64,000 nt of DNA from Collinsella sp. (GTDB lineage Bacteria > Actinomycetota > Coriobacteriia > Coriobacteriales > Coriobacteriaceae): contig DXML01000020.1 of NCBI GenBank assembly GCA_019414205.1, forward strand, positions 50,180-114,179. The letters run 5' to 3'. Of this stretch, positions 28,375 to 38,054 are shown in pieces; positions within the stretch are counted from its first letter, which is position 1; every line of letters begins with the position of its first letter. A model generated the notes under the pieces. That model was not told the DNA's origin. It saw only the letters and a list, made by a program, of their open reading frames with translations, and made no database searches. The translations under genes and the position numbers were made by a program.

Positions 28375-29202
28375 ATGCAAACTTACGAATCGGACACCAA
28401 TATCGGAAGCATTAAGATTCTCGCCGTCGACATGGACAAGACGCTGCTCACCGACAAGCGCGTGTTGCCGCAGGGTCTTGATGAGCGCCTGGACAAGCTC
28501 GCCGACGCAGGCATTGTATTCTGCCCCGCCAGCGGACGCCCCGCCCCCAAACTCGAGGAAATGTTCGAGAGCATTAAGAACCGACTTGCTTTTTGTCCCG
28601 ACAACGGAGCCTGCGTCATCTATCGCGGCAGCTATATCTATAAGAGCAACATCGATGTGGCGCTGTATCAGCAGGTGCTCGCCCGTGCCTCGGAGGACCC
28701 GCGTGCCGTTCCCGTCTTGTGCTGCTACGACGAGTTCTATGTGCTCGCCCGCGACCATCAGTACCACGACGAGATCAGCGTGTACTACAACACGATCAAC
28801 TACGTCGATAGCTTTGAGGGCCTTGATATCGAGTCCAACAAGATTTCGATCTTCTTCCCCGCCTACGATGCCGAGCCCGCGTTTCGCGAGAACTACAGCC
28901 CCGAGTTCTCGGACAAGCTCTACGTCACCAACGCCGGGCGCGAGTGGATAGACTTTATGAACCTGGGCGTCGACAAGGGGTCGGGCGTCGCGCACCTGTG
29001 CGAGCAGCTGGGCATTGATATCGCTGATGCCGCCGCCGTGGGTGATACGTACAACGACATCCCCATGCTGGAGCGCGTCGGGCATAGCTTTATCGTGGAT
29101 AATGCCGAGGAGCACATGAACGCGCATGCCAAATGGCGCATTCCGAGCAACAACGACGGGGGCGTACTGACGCTCATCGACGCCATCCTGGCGGCTCGGT
29201 AA
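28375..29202 (+). CDS. Cof-type HAD-IIB hydrolase
   Basis: LAVDMDKTLL, PASGRP, AVGDTYNDIPML. Confidence 0.85.
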   Translation: MQTYESDTNIGSIKILAVDMDKTLLTDKRVLPQGLDERLDKLADAGIVFCPASGRPAPKLEEMFESIKNRLAFCPDNGACVIYRGSYIYKSNIDVALYQQVLARASEDPRAVPVLCCYDEFYVLARDHQYHDEISVYYNTINYVDSFEGLDIESNKISIFFPAYDAEPAFRENYSPEFSDKLYVTNAGREWIDFMNLGVDKGSGVAHLCEQLGIDIADAAAVGDTYNDIPMLERVGHSFIVDNAEEHMNAHAKWRIPSNNDGGVLTLIDAILAAR

Positions 29203-29216
29203 CGTGGCTCGTCGGA

Positions 29217-29340
29217 CCTGGCCGGGCGGCGCGGATTAGTTTTTCGTTCGGTCAGGTCCTAGGCTCGCTCGGAAAGCACATTAAGTGCTTTCCGGCTCGT
29301 GCGGAATCTACGAAAAGTTAACCCGTGCCGCCCGGCCAGG
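29217..29340. repeat. 124-bp imperfect palindromic element
   Basis: Outer arms CCTGGCCGGGCGGC (29217-29230) and GCCGCCCGGCCAGG (29327-29340). Central 9-bp hairpin GGAAAGCAC/GTGCTTTCC (29271-29293). Confidence 0.65.
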
Positions 29341-29410
29341 CCCTAGGTTTACTTTCCTGCCGCCAAGATGGCGTCTTGAGTGTCTAGATACTTAGCTGAA
29401 ATGATTTGAG

Positions 29411-29451
29411 CAGAGGGGAGCTCCTTGTTGGGAGGGGCTCCCCTCTGTTTT
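29411..29451 (+). terminator. Plus-strand Rho-independent terminator about 210 nt downstream of the Cof hydrolase stop
   Basis: CAGAGGGGAGC-loop-GCTCCCCTCTG followed by TTTT. Confidence 0.6.
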
Positions 29452-29459
29452 GGTTACTG

Positions 29460-29499
29460 TGGGACAAATTAATCAGTAGTGTTTGTCCCAAATCTTAAG
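29460..29499 (+). repeat. Conserved 40-nt hairpin-plus-tail motif, copy 2
   Basis: TGGGACAAATTAATCAG-tagtg-TTTGTCCCAAATCTTAAG, in the same orientation as 17261-17300. Confidence 0.7.
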
Positions 29500-29547
29500 T
29501 ATGTGGGGGCTTGCGTCTTGGGCGAGCTTGCCTTACCGAGTGCTTTC

Positions 29548-32292
29548 CTATTTGGCGTCGGCCCAGGTTACTCCGGTTGAGGCTTCGGCGATTAGGGGTA
29601 CTCGGAGGTCTACGACGTGTTCCATGACGTCGCGGACCATGGTGGTTAGGCGCTCGACTTCGTTGACGGGGCACTCAAAGTCCAGTTCGTCGTGTACCTG
29701 CAAGATCATGTGGGCGGCAAAACCCTCTTCTTCCAGGCGGCGGCTTACGCGGGCCATGGCGATCTTGATGATGTCGGCGGCGGTGCCCTGCATGGGGTGG
29801 TTCATGGCCGTGCGCTCACCAAAGCCGCGGAGCTGTGGGTTTTTGGCCTTGAGCTCGGGAATATGGCGTCTGCGGCCATACATGGTCTCGGCATAGCCCG
29901 TCTGCTTGGCTCGCGCCACCACATTGTCGAGGAACGTGCGCACGCCCGGGTAGGCCTCGTAGTAGCGATCGATCATATCGCGCGCCTCGGCCATCGAGAT
30001 GTGCAGCGACTGCGACAGACCATAGGCCTGCTGGCCGTACACGATGCCAAAGTTCACGGCCTTGGCGCGGCTACGCAGGTCGGGTGTCACCTCGGACACC
30101 GGCACGCCAAATACGCGCGCGGCCGTCTCGGCATGGAAGTCCTCGCCCTCGTTGAAGGCGCGCACCAGGTGCTCGTCACCCGAAAGATGCGCGAGCAGGC
30201 GCAGCTCGATCTGCGAGTAGTCCACCGCCAAAAAGACGCTGCCCTCGCCCGCCGAGAACGCCGTCTTGACGGTACGCCCCAGCTCCGAGCGCGTCGGAAT
30301 GTTTTGCAGATTGGGGTCGCTCGAAGACAAACGCCCCGTCGCGGTGATGGTCTGGTTGTACGTGGTGTGCACACGCCCGTCACCACGGCGCAGCGGGCCC
30401 AGCGTGTCCAGATAGGTCGACTTAATCTTGGACTTCTCACGCCAGTCCAAAATCAGGCGCACGATCTCGTGGTCGCGGGCAAGGTCGCTCAACACCTTGG
30501 CGTTGGTCGAATAGTAGCCGCGCTTGGTCTTTTTTAGGCCCTTGGTCGGAAGCCCCATAACATCAAACAGCACGTGCGAGAGTTGCATGGGGCTGCCGAT
30601 GTTAAAGGTCTCGTCGCCGGCCAGGTCGCGAATGCTGCGCTCGACCTCGGCAATCTGGGTCGCCAGGCCCTCGGACAGACTGTGCAGGCGGTCGGGGTCC
30701 ACGAGCATGCCCGCGCGCTCCATCTTGGCAAGCACCGGCACGAGCGGCATCTCGATCCCATCGAACACGTTGGCGGCGTTCTCGCGGGCCATGCGGTCAC
30801 GCAGCGGTGCAACCAGCGCCAGCGTCAAGGCCGCCGTGCGAGCGGCGGGCGCAGGAGCGTCCTCGCCAGCACCCTCTGCGCCGCGCGCCGCAGGCAGCGC
30901 CATCTGCAGATACGTATCGGCCAGATACACCTCGTCAAACTCGGAGCGGTCGGAATCCAACAGGTAGGCGGCAACAACGGTATCGAAGATGCGCGTGGAA
31001 TCGACTGCCAGCGGATCCATGAGCTCGAGCTCAGAAGAATCGATGGGCGAAAGCTCATGCAGAAGCGCCTTCATATCCGGGCTCGCCACACGGCCTTCCA
31101 TAAACAGACGCGCGAGCACGCCGGCAATCACGCCGTGGGCGAAGTTGAAGCCCTCAACCTCAGCCGCCGCACCGCTGTCGCCCTCCTCGAGCGCAAACAG
31201 CCCCTTGGACGTCGCCAACCACAGCGTGCGCGTCAGCCCAAAGAGCGCGCCCTCTTCCTTGTCATCGTCCACCACGGCGGCGACCCACTCGCCGGCATCA
31301 ATCACGCGGGAGACCTCAGCCGCAACGGCACCAAGCGCGCCAGCATCGCCGCCGGCTGCGCGCAAAACGGCGGGAATCTCAAACGTGCTGGCAGCAGCGC
31401 CACCCTCGTCACCGATCAGTGCCAAGAAACGGTTCTGCATGGCGGTGATACCAAGCGTACCCAGCGCCGCGGAAACCTCATCGGCAGAAAACGCCGGGAA
31501 GGATGTTTCGTCAAAGTCGAGCTCGACGGGCGCATCGGTGCGAATGGTCGCCACCTTACGGCTCAGCAGCGCGTCGTCGATGTGTGCGCGCAGGTTTTCT
31601 CCCATCTTGCCCTTGACCTCGTCAGCATGCGCGATGACCTCGTCAAGGCTGCCGTACTGCGCGATGAGCGCACTCGCCTTTTTGGGGCCGATGCCCGGTA
31701 CGCCGGGAATGTTGTCCGACGTATCGCCCTTCAGACCGTAAAAATCGGGCACGAGCGCCGGCGTGATGCCGTGATACAGGTCGTCCACGCTCTCGGGCGT
31801 CATGATCGCCACGTCGGACAGGCCCTTGCGAGTCGAGACCACGTTGACGTGCTCGGTCACGAGCTGATACATGTCGCGGTCGCCGGTCACCAGCAGCATG
31901 TCGCAGCCGGCCTCCTCGCCCAGGCGCGCCATGGTTCCCAGGATATCGTCGCCTTCCCAGCCCTCGGACTGCAAAATGGGCACGTTGAGCGCGGCGAGCA
32001 GCTCCTTGATCATGGGGAACTGCGCGTGCAGGTCGGGGTCCATGGGCGGGCGCTGCGCCTTGTACTGCGGCAGCATCTCCATACGCACGCGCGGCTTGCC
32101 CTTGTCAAACGCCACGACAACGCCGTCGGGATTAAAGGCATCGATCATCTTGAGGAACATGTTCAGAAAACCAAAGATCGCGTTGGTGGGGCGACCGTCC
32201 GGCGCGTTCATGGTCGGCGGCACGGCGTGGAAGGCGCGATGCATGAGCGAGTTGCCGTCGATGACAGCAAAGGTACGGCGCTTTTCAGACAT
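29548..32292 (-). CDS. polA: DNA polymerase I
   Basis: 914 aa with 5'-nuclease N-terminus (FAVIDGNSLMHRAFHA) and Pol A motifs (DYSQIELRLLAH, RRHAKAVNFGIVYG-like RSRAKAVNFGIVYG, QVHDEL). Start set to ATG 32292. Confidence 0.9.
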   Translation of the reverse strand: MSEKRRTFAVIDGNSLMHRAFHAVPPTMNAPDGRPTNAIFGFLNMFLKMIDAFNPDGVVVAFDKGKPRVRMEMLPQYKAQRPPMDPDLHAQFPMIKELLAALNVPILQSEGWEGDDILGTMARLGEEAGCDMLLVTGDRDMYQLVTEHVNVVSTRKGLSDVAIMTPESVDDLYHGITPALVPDFYGLKGDTSDNIPGVPGIGPKKASALIAQYGSLDEVIAHADEVKGKMGENLRAHIDDALLSRKVATIRTDAPVELDFDETSFPAFSADEVSAALGTLGITAMQNRFLALIGDEGGAAASTFEIPAVLRAAGGDAGALGAVAAEVSRVIDAGEWVAAVVDDDKEEGALFGLTRTLWLATSKGLFALEEGDSGAAAEVEGFNFAHGVIAGVLARLFMEGRVASPDMKALLHELSPIDSSELELMDPLAVDSTRIFDTVVAAYLLDSDRSEFDEVYLADTYLQMALPAARGAEGAGEDAPAPAARTAALTLALVAPLRDRMARENAANVFDGIEMPLVPVLAKMERAGMLVDPDRLHSLSEGLATQIAEVERSIRDLAGDETFNIGSPMQLSHVLFDVMGLPTKGLKKTKRGYYSTNAKVLSDLARDHEIVRLILDWREKSKIKSTYLDTLGPLRRGDGRVHTTYNQTITATGRLSSSDPNLQNIPTRSELGRTVKTAFSAGEGSVFLAVDYSQIELRLLAHLSGDEHLVRAFNEGEDFHAETAARVFGVPVSEVTPDLRSRAKAVNFGIVYGQQAYGLSQSLHISMAEARDMIDRYYEAYPGVRTFLDNVVARAKQTGYAETMYGRRRHIPELKAKNPQLRGFGERTAMNHPMQGTAADIIKIAMARVSRRLEEEGFAAHMILQVHDELDFECPVNEVERLTTMVRDVMEHVVDLRVPLIAEASTGVTWADAK

Positions 32293-32458
32293 ATTGAATA
32301 CCTCGCTTTGGGCTGGGCACGGTTTGCTCACACCAGTTTACACGCTCCCCGCCCCGCGGCCACCGCACATCAGGCTTCCCTGCCGCCGCGGGCCCGCGCG
32401 TGATACGATGGCTCACGGTACATCAACCAGCACGATCGATCCGAAAGGAGCCTGCGTC

Positions 32459-33856
32459 ATGGAGCGTCCCAGCGCATGGAAAAAGTACACGCCACAGCAG
32501 ATCGAGGAGCTCGAGGAGCTTTGCCGCGGCTATAAGCAGTTTTTGAGTGAGAACAAGACCGAGCGCCTGTGCGTCAAGGCCGGTATCAAGATGGCCGAGG
32601 AGGCGGGCTACGTCAATCTGGAGACCGTGATCGCCGAGGGCCGCGCGCTCAAGGCCGGCGACAAGGTGTACGCCGCCAACCACGGCAAGGACCTCATGCT
32701 CGTCAACCTGGGCACCGCCCCGCTCGAGCAGGGCTTTAACATCCTGGGCGCCCACGTGGACTCGCCGCGCCTGGACCTCAAGCAGAACCCCGCCTTCGAG
32801 GCCGGCGACATGGCTTATCTCGACACGCACTACTATGGCGGCGTCAAGAGCTACCACTGGGTCGCTTCCCCGCTCGCACTCGTGGGCGTCATCTGCAAAA
32901 AGGACGGCACCACCGTCGACATCAACATCGGTGACAAGGCCGACGACCCGGTCTTTACCATCTCCGACCTGCTGATCCACCTCTCGAGCGAGCAGATGGC
33001 CAAGCCCGCCAAGGACGCCGTCGACGCCGAGATCCTCGACGTGATCGTGGGCGGCCGCCCCGTCAAGTTTGACGAGGACGACAAGGACGCTCCCAAGGAG
33101 CCCGTCAAGCAGATGTTCCTGGATATCCTCAAGGAGCAGTACGACGTCGAGGAGGAGGACTTCCTCTCCGCCGAGATCGAGGTCGTGCCCGCCGGCCCCG
33201 CCCGTGACATGGGCCTCGACCGCTCCATGATTCTGGGCTATGGCCACGACGACCGTGTCTGCGCCTATCCGTCCATGCTCGCCCAGATCAACGTCGCCAA
33301 CGTGGAGCGCACGAGCATCACACTCATCGTCGACAAGGAGGAGATCGGTTCCGTAGGTGCCACCGGCATGACGAGCCGCTTCTTCGAGAACACCGTCGCC
33401 GAGATCATGACGCTCGCCGGCGAGGATAGCCCGCTGGCCCTGCGCCGCGCGCTCGCCCGCAGCCGCATGCTCTCCTCCGACGTGTCCGCCGGCTTCGACC
33501 CGGGCTACGCCGGCAAGTTCGAAACCAAGAACGCAGCCTTTATGGGTCGCGGCCTGTGCTTTAACAAGTACACGGGCAGCCGCGGCAAGGGCGGCTCTAA
33601 CGACGCCGACGCCGAGTATGTGGCCCTCATCCGCGACATCATGGACGAGGCCGGCGTGGACTTCCAGACCTGCGAGCTCGGCCGCGTCAACGCAGGTGGC
33701 GGCGGCACCATCGCCTACATCATGGCTAAGTACGGCATGAACGTCATCGACTCTGGCGTTGCCGTCCTGTCCATGCACGCCCTGTGGGAGGTCGCCAACA
33801 AGGCCGATATCTACGAGGCCTATCGCGGCTACAAGGCCTTCATCGAGCGCGCGTAA
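32459..33856 (+). CDS. M18-family aminopeptidase
   Basis: Start ATG 32459 (SD GAAAGGAG). The upstream part of track ORF 31871.. is antisense to polA. GAHVDSPRLDLK, YGHDDRVCAY. Confidence 0.8.
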   Translation: MERPSAWKKYTPQQIEELEELCRGYKQFLSENKTERLCVKAGIKMAEEAGYVNLETVIAEGRALKAGDKVYAANHGKDLMLVNLGTAPLEQGFNILGAHVDSPRLDLKQNPAFEAGDMAYLDTHYYGGVKSYHWVASPLALVGVICKKDGTTVDINIGDKADDPVFTISDLLIHLSSEQMAKPAKDAVDAEILDVIVGGRPVKFDEDDKDAPKEPVKQMFLDILKEQYDVEEEDFLSAEIEVVPAGPARDMGLDRSMILGYGHDDRVCAYPSMLAQINVANVERTSITLIVDKEEIGSVGATGMTSRFFENTVAEIMTLAGEDSPLALRRALARSRMLSSDVSAGFDPGYAGKFETKNAAFMGRGLCFNKYTGSRGKGGSNDADAEYVALIRDIMDEAGVDFQTCELGRVNAGGGGTIAYIMAKYGMNVIDSGVAVLSMHALWEVANKADIYEAYRGYKAFIERA

Positions 33857-33959
33857 CCAACCCTTCATCAGTTGCGGTGAAATACAGACTAAACTGGCCC
33901 ATAAACGGCCAAAACAGACCATATTCCACCGCAACTTCCTTTTTGGCAGAGGAGAGTCC

Positions 33960-34769
33960 ATGCTGCAGGTCGTCATTTCGCCCGCCAAGCAGATGCGCGC
34001 GGCCCAAGATGCTTTTGAAGTCCTGGGCATCCCACCCTTTGCGCGCGAGACGGCTCGCCTCCACCGCGCACTGCTAGATATCGAGCGGAATGAAGGCAGC
34101 GACAGCCTGCAGGCGCTATGGAACGTGAGTGACAAACTGCTGGGGCCTTGCCTCAACACCCTGCATGAGTTCGGGCCCATCCTGAAAAACGGCGATCTCG
34201 ACAATCCCGCACTCGCCTGTCACCTCTCCCCTGCCGTCATGTCCTACCACGGCATTCAATACCAGAGCATGGCGCCCGAGGTGATGGATTCCGCGCAGCT
34301 CGCATGGCTGCAAAGCCACCTGTGGATCCTCTCTGGCCTCTACGGGTGCGTTCGCCCCTTTCATGCCGTCGAACCATATCGGCTGGAGATGGGCGCGAAG
34401 CTCGCCGTTGACGATGCCCGAGACCTCTATGCGTTTTGGAGCGACAAGCTCGCGCGGGCTATCGCCCCGGCAGGCTCAAACACCACGATCGTCAACCTCG
34501 CCAGCGTAGAGTACGCCAAAGCCGTTCTGCCCCATCTCGCGGGCGACGCCACGGTCGTCACGTGCCTCTTTGGCGAAGGCATCCGCAACGGCAAGCCCAT
34601 CCAGCGCTCGACCGCCAGCAAAAAGGCACGTGGTTCCATGGTGCGCTGGATGGCAGAAAACAAGCTCGAGGATGCAAGTGGACTTACCGCATTCAACATC
34701 GGCTATCATCACATCCCCGAGCTTTCAGACGAAAACACTCTGGTTTTCATGAACGCGCAGGCACAATAG
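33960..34769 (+). CDS. yaaA: YaaA-family peroxide stress protein (UPF0246)
   Basis: MLQVVISPAKQM...YHGIQYQ...SGLYG..RP...YRLEMG. Confidence 0.85.
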   Translation: MLQVVISPAKQMRAAQDAFEVLGIPPFARETARLHRALLDIERNEGSDSLQALWNVSDKLLGPCLNTLHEFGPILKNGDLDNPALACHLSPAVMSYHGIQYQSMAPEVMDSAQLAWLQSHLWILSGLYGCVRPFHAVEPYRLEMGAKLAVDDARDLYAFWSDKLARAIAPAGSNTTIVNLASVEYAKAVLPHLAGDATVVTCLFGEGIRNGKPIQRSTASKKARGSMVRWMAENKLEDASGLTAFNIGYHHIPELSDENTLVFMNAQAQ

Positions 34770-34791
34770 GCCCGCCGTTTCCAACCCCCCG

Positions 34792-35307
34792 TTACTCCGC
34801 CAAGCCATCGGCCTTTGCAATCACGCTCGTCGAGCCATCTTGGTAGGTAATCTTAACGTGCTCTACCTCGGACACCGCAACACCCGATGGGGGCTCCAAG
34901 CGCCATTCCGTCAGCGCGATATCCATAGTCGTAGGCACGTCGCCCTGATTCTTGAGCTTCACCGTCAGCGTTTTGAGCGCCGCATCATACGTCACGCGTT
35001 CGATTTCCTCACCAGGAATAGACCCGCCGCTCAACTGCAGCTGCACAAACTCGTCGCGCGGATACCAATAGTCGCCCGGCGCGGCAACGGTATTGCCGCC
35101 CGTAACCTTCACTGTCACGATCGGCAGGGCATCGTCGGCCTCGAACTCCCATGCAGCGCCGCCGCGACCACCAAACGTCCAGATACAAAAGGCAATCACC
35201 AGCACGGCAAGCACCGCAAAACCAATCGCAACAAGGCCATGGTGCGCACGGCTTTCCTCGGCCGATACGTCCCATTGCGTCTCTCGATATAGATGCTTGT
35301 CTTCCAT
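34792..35307 (-). CDS. Hypothetical single-pass membrane-anchored protein
   Basis: ATG 35307 with SD GGGGAGG. One TM helix (LVAIGFAVLAVLVIAFCIWTF) followed by a ~120-aa beta-rich domain. No family recognised. Confidence 0.55.
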   Translation of the reverse strand: MEDKHLYRETQWDVSAEESRAHHGLVAIGFAVLAVLVIAFCIWTFGGRGGAAWEFEADDALPIVTVKVTGGNTVAAPGDYWYPRDEFVQLQLSGGSIPGEEIERVTYDAALKTLTVKLKNQGDVPTTMDIALTEWRLEPPSGVAVSEVEHVKITYQDGSTSVIAKADGLAE

Positions 35308-35378
35308 GTTCGCCTCCCCACAGGCACGCTTGTTGGCCCAATCGTACCCATTCAGGCTATACTTGAGCCCATGACATA

Positions 35379-35473
35379 ACGGGGAGCTTGCAGGACAAGA
35401 CGGCAGGCTGAGATTGGGCGCGCCCGCCCTGACCCGCAAACCTGATATGGGTAATGCCAACGAAGGGAGCCGT
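35379..35473 (+). promoter_or_regulatory. TPP (THI-box) riboswitch controlling thiC
   Basis: ACGGGGAGC...GGCUGAGA...ACCC...AACCUGAUAUGGGUAAUGCCAACGAAGGGAGCCGU. P1 is ACGG/CCGU. The thiC SD (GGGAG) lies inside the 3' half, 5 nt before the ATG. Confidence 0.9.
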
Positions 35474-35477
35474 GCCA

Positions 35478-36812
35478 ATGAGCACACAGACCGAGTCCAA
35501 GCTCGTCACGCAAATCGACTTCGCCCGCGCCGGGCAGATCACACCGCAGATGAAGGAGGTCGCCGAGCGCGAGCATCGCGACCCCGAGTACATCCGTGAG
35601 CGTGTGGCCGACGGCCGCATCGCCATTCCCGCCAACATCGTGCATATCAAAAAGGGCATGCGCGCCTTTGGTGTCGGCGAGGGCCTGTCCACCAAGGTCA
35701 ACGTCAACCTAGGCATCTCGGGCGATAAGGCCGATGCCGCCGAGGAGTGGAAGAAGGTCAAGATCGCCGAGGACTTTGGCGCCGACGCCATCATGGACCT
35801 CTCCAACTCGGGCAAGACGCGCCAGTTCCGCCAGCAGCTCATCGACGAGACGCCGCTCATGGTGGGCACCGTCCCCATGTACGACGCCATCGGCTACATG
35901 GAAAAGCCGCTGGTCAAGCTTACCAAGGATGACCTGTTCGAGGTCGTGCGCGCACACGCCGAGGACGGCGTGGACTTTATGACCATCCACTGCGGCATCA
36001 ACAAGTCGGTCACCAAGACCTTTAAGGAGACCGGCCGTCTCATGAACATCGTCAGCCGCGGCGGCTCGCTGCTGTTTGGCTGGATGGAGGTCACCGGCAA
36101 CGAAAACCCCTTCTACGAGTACTTTGACGAGCTGCTCGAAATCTGCCACGAGTACGACGTGACGATTTCGCTCGGCGACTCCTGCCGCCCGGGCTGCCTC
36201 TACGACTCCAACGACGCCACTGAGACCGCTGAGATGATCGAGCTGGGCAAGCTGTGCAAGCGCGCCTGGGCTGCCGGCGTCCAGGTCATGGTCGAGGGTC
36301 CGGGTCACATGGCGCTCGACGAGATCGCCGCCAACATGAAACTGCAAAAGCGCCTGTGCCACAACGCCCCATTCTATGTGCTGGGGCCGCTGGTGACCGA
36401 TATCGGTGTGGGCTACGACCACATCACCGCCGCCATCGGTGGCGCCATCTCCGCCAGCTCCGGCGCCGACTTCCTGTGCTACGTGACGCCGGCCGAGCAC
36501 CTGTGCCTGCCCAACGCCCAGGATGTGCTCGACGGCCTCATGGCCACCAAGATCGCCGCGCACGCCGCCGATATCGCCAAGAAGGTGCCACATGCCCGCG
36601 ACATGGACGACAAGATGGGCCAGGCACGCCGTAAGCTCGACTGGGACGCCATGTGGAAGTGCGCGCTCGACCCGGTTACGGGCAAGAAGCGCTACGAGGA
36701 GTCCCCCGCCGCCACCGAGGGCACCTGCACCATGTGTGGCAAGATGTGCGCCGTCCGTACCGTCAACAAGGTGTTCGAAGGCACGACGATCGACCTCGGC
36801 ATGGAGGACTGA
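35478..36812 (+). CDS. thiC: Phosphomethylpyrimidine synthase
   Basis: MSTQTESKLVTQIDFARAGQITPQM...TIHCG...C-terminal CTMCGKMCAV cluster motif. Confidence 0.9.
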   Translation: MSTQTESKLVTQIDFARAGQITPQMKEVAEREHRDPEYIRERVADGRIAIPANIVHIKKGMRAFGVGEGLSTKVNVNLGISGDKADAAEEWKKVKIAEDFGADAIMDLSNSGKTRQFRQQLIDETPLMVGTVPMYDAIGYMEKPLVKLTKDDLFEVVRAHAEDGVDFMTIHCGINKSVTKTFKETGRLMNIVSRGGSLLFGWMEVTGNENPFYEYFDELLEICHEYDVTISLGDSCRPGCLYDSNDATETAEMIELGKLCKRAWAAGVQVMVEGPGHMALDEIAANMKLQKRLCHNAPFYVLGPLVTDIGVGYDHITAAIGGAISASSGADFLCYVTPAEHLCLPNAQDVLDGLMATKIAAHAADIAKKVPHARDMDDKMGQARRKLDWDAMWKCALDPVTGKKRYEESPAATEGTCTMCGKMCAVRTVNKVFEGTTIDLGMED

Positions 36813-36971
36813 CGCGTCGCCGCACCGTACGTCAATTGTTGACATGTGAACATTCTCTTACATTTACGTAAAGATTGCACCACCGGCCCGGGATCGGCAT
36901 ACAGCCGGCCCGGGCATCTTTATAATGCAGGTAAAAGACCCATTTGAATCCGACCGAGCAAGGGAGCGAAC

Positions 36972-37802
36972 ATGGATCGCAGTAAGGTACCCGCCGTCCT
37001 CTCCATCGCAGGATCCGATTCCAGCGGTGGCGCCGGCATTCAGGCCGACATTAAGACCATCACGGCGCACCGCCTGTATGCCGAGACGGCCATCACGGCC
37101 ATCACCGCGCAGAACACCCTGGGCGTTACCGCCGTGCAGAACATCTCCCCGGACATTGTCGCGGCGCAGATCGACGCCGTCTATGATGATATCCGCCCCA
37201 GTGCCGTTAAGATCAGCATGGTTTCCTCTGCCGAGATTATCGAGGTTATCGCCAACCGCCTGAGCGCCTGGAACGCGACAAACGTGGTCGTCGACCCCGT
37301 CATGGTAGCCACCTCGGGCGCACGGCTGATTGCCGAAGATGCCGCCGAGGCGCTCACCCGCCGCCTGTTCCCACTAGCAACCGTCATCACGCCCAATATT
37401 CCCGAGGCCATGGCCCTGCTCGACTACGAGGTCGACTCCGAGCGCACACAGCAAAATGCTGCCATGCTCCTCACCCGCCGCTTTGGTTGCGCATCCCTCG
37501 TTAAGGGTGGGCATCTTGTCAACGAGGCCAACGATGTATTGGCCGAACCCGCGCCACTCGATGACGAGGGCAACCATCTGGGCGATCCGCTCACCACGTG
37601 GTTCCGCCACAAGCGCATCGAGACCGACAACACACACGGCACCGGCTGCACGCTTTCGTCCGCCATCGCCTGCGCGCTGGCCCAGGGCATGGATCTTGCC
37701 GATGCCGTCAACGCCGGCAAGGCATACCTGACAGGCGCTCTGGCCGCCGGCCTGAACATGGGCAAAGGCTCTGGCCCCGTCAACCACATGTGGCAATATT
37801 AA
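36972..37802 (+). CDS. thiD: Hydroxymethylpyrimidine/phosphomethylpyrimidine kinase
   Basis: VLSIAGSDSSGGAGIQADIKT...VVDPVMVATSG...THGTGCTLSSAIA. Confidence 0.9.
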   Translation: MDRSKVPAVLSIAGSDSSGGAGIQADIKTITAHRLYAETAITAITAQNTLGVTAVQNISPDIVAAQIDAVYDDIRPSAVKISMVSSAEIIEVIANRLSAWNATNVVVDPVMVATSGARLIAEDAAEALTRRLFPLATVITPNIPEAMALLDYEVDSERTQQNAAMLLTRRFGCASLVKGGHLVNEANDVLAEPAPLDDEGNHLGDPLTTWFRHKRIETDNTHGTGCTLSSAIACALAQGMDLADAVNAGKAYLTGALAAGLNMGKGSGPVNHMWQY

Positions 37803-37821
37803 GATTCGCAGCCCAAAACCG

Positions 37822-37848
37822 CCGCAAAGGGGACAGGCACCTTTGCGG
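37822..37848. terminator. Hairpin between convergent thiD and the SGNH gene
   Basis: CCGCAAAGG-loop-CCTTTGCGG. A U-tract (TTTTGGG) follows only on the minus strand. Confidence 0.45.
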
Positions 37849-37867
37849 TGGCTCCCACAAACATCTC

Positions 37868-38006
37868 GATCTGTAACAGTAACTCGGCAAAATCGACCCT
37901 AGATGTTACAGATCAAGACAAACAATCGATATCGACCTAAATAATCTTAATCTGTAACATCTAGCCCGTTTTCGGCCTTGGAACTGTTACAGATCAAGAC
38001 AAACAA
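37868..38006. repeat. Two palindromic units in opposite orientation, each followed by the same tail (BIME-like)
   Basis: Arms GATCTGTAACA/TGTTACAGATC at 37868-37914 and 37949-37995. An identical 22-mer TGTTACAGATCAAGACAAACAA sits at 37904-37925 and 37985-38006. Confidence 0.7.
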
Positions 38007-38054
38007 ACGAAACAAGCCCCCGCAAGGGGAACTCTGTGGTGGCTTGAGGCTGCG

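Noticed and set aside
31871-32458. N-terminal 196 codons of track ORF 31871-33856
   Set aside because: This part is antisense to polA. The aminopeptidase homology and a good SD begin at ATG 32459.
33871-33944. Terminator after the aminopeptidase gene
   Set aside because: A 9-bp stem GTTGCGGTG/CACCGCAAC followed by TTCCTTTTT exists but encloses a 47-nt loop. It is atypical for an intrinsic terminator, so it is not listed as a feature.
37868-38006. CRISPR array
   Set aside because: There are only two repeat units, the units are themselves palindromic with swapped orientation, and there are no cas genes or a spacer-like regular period.
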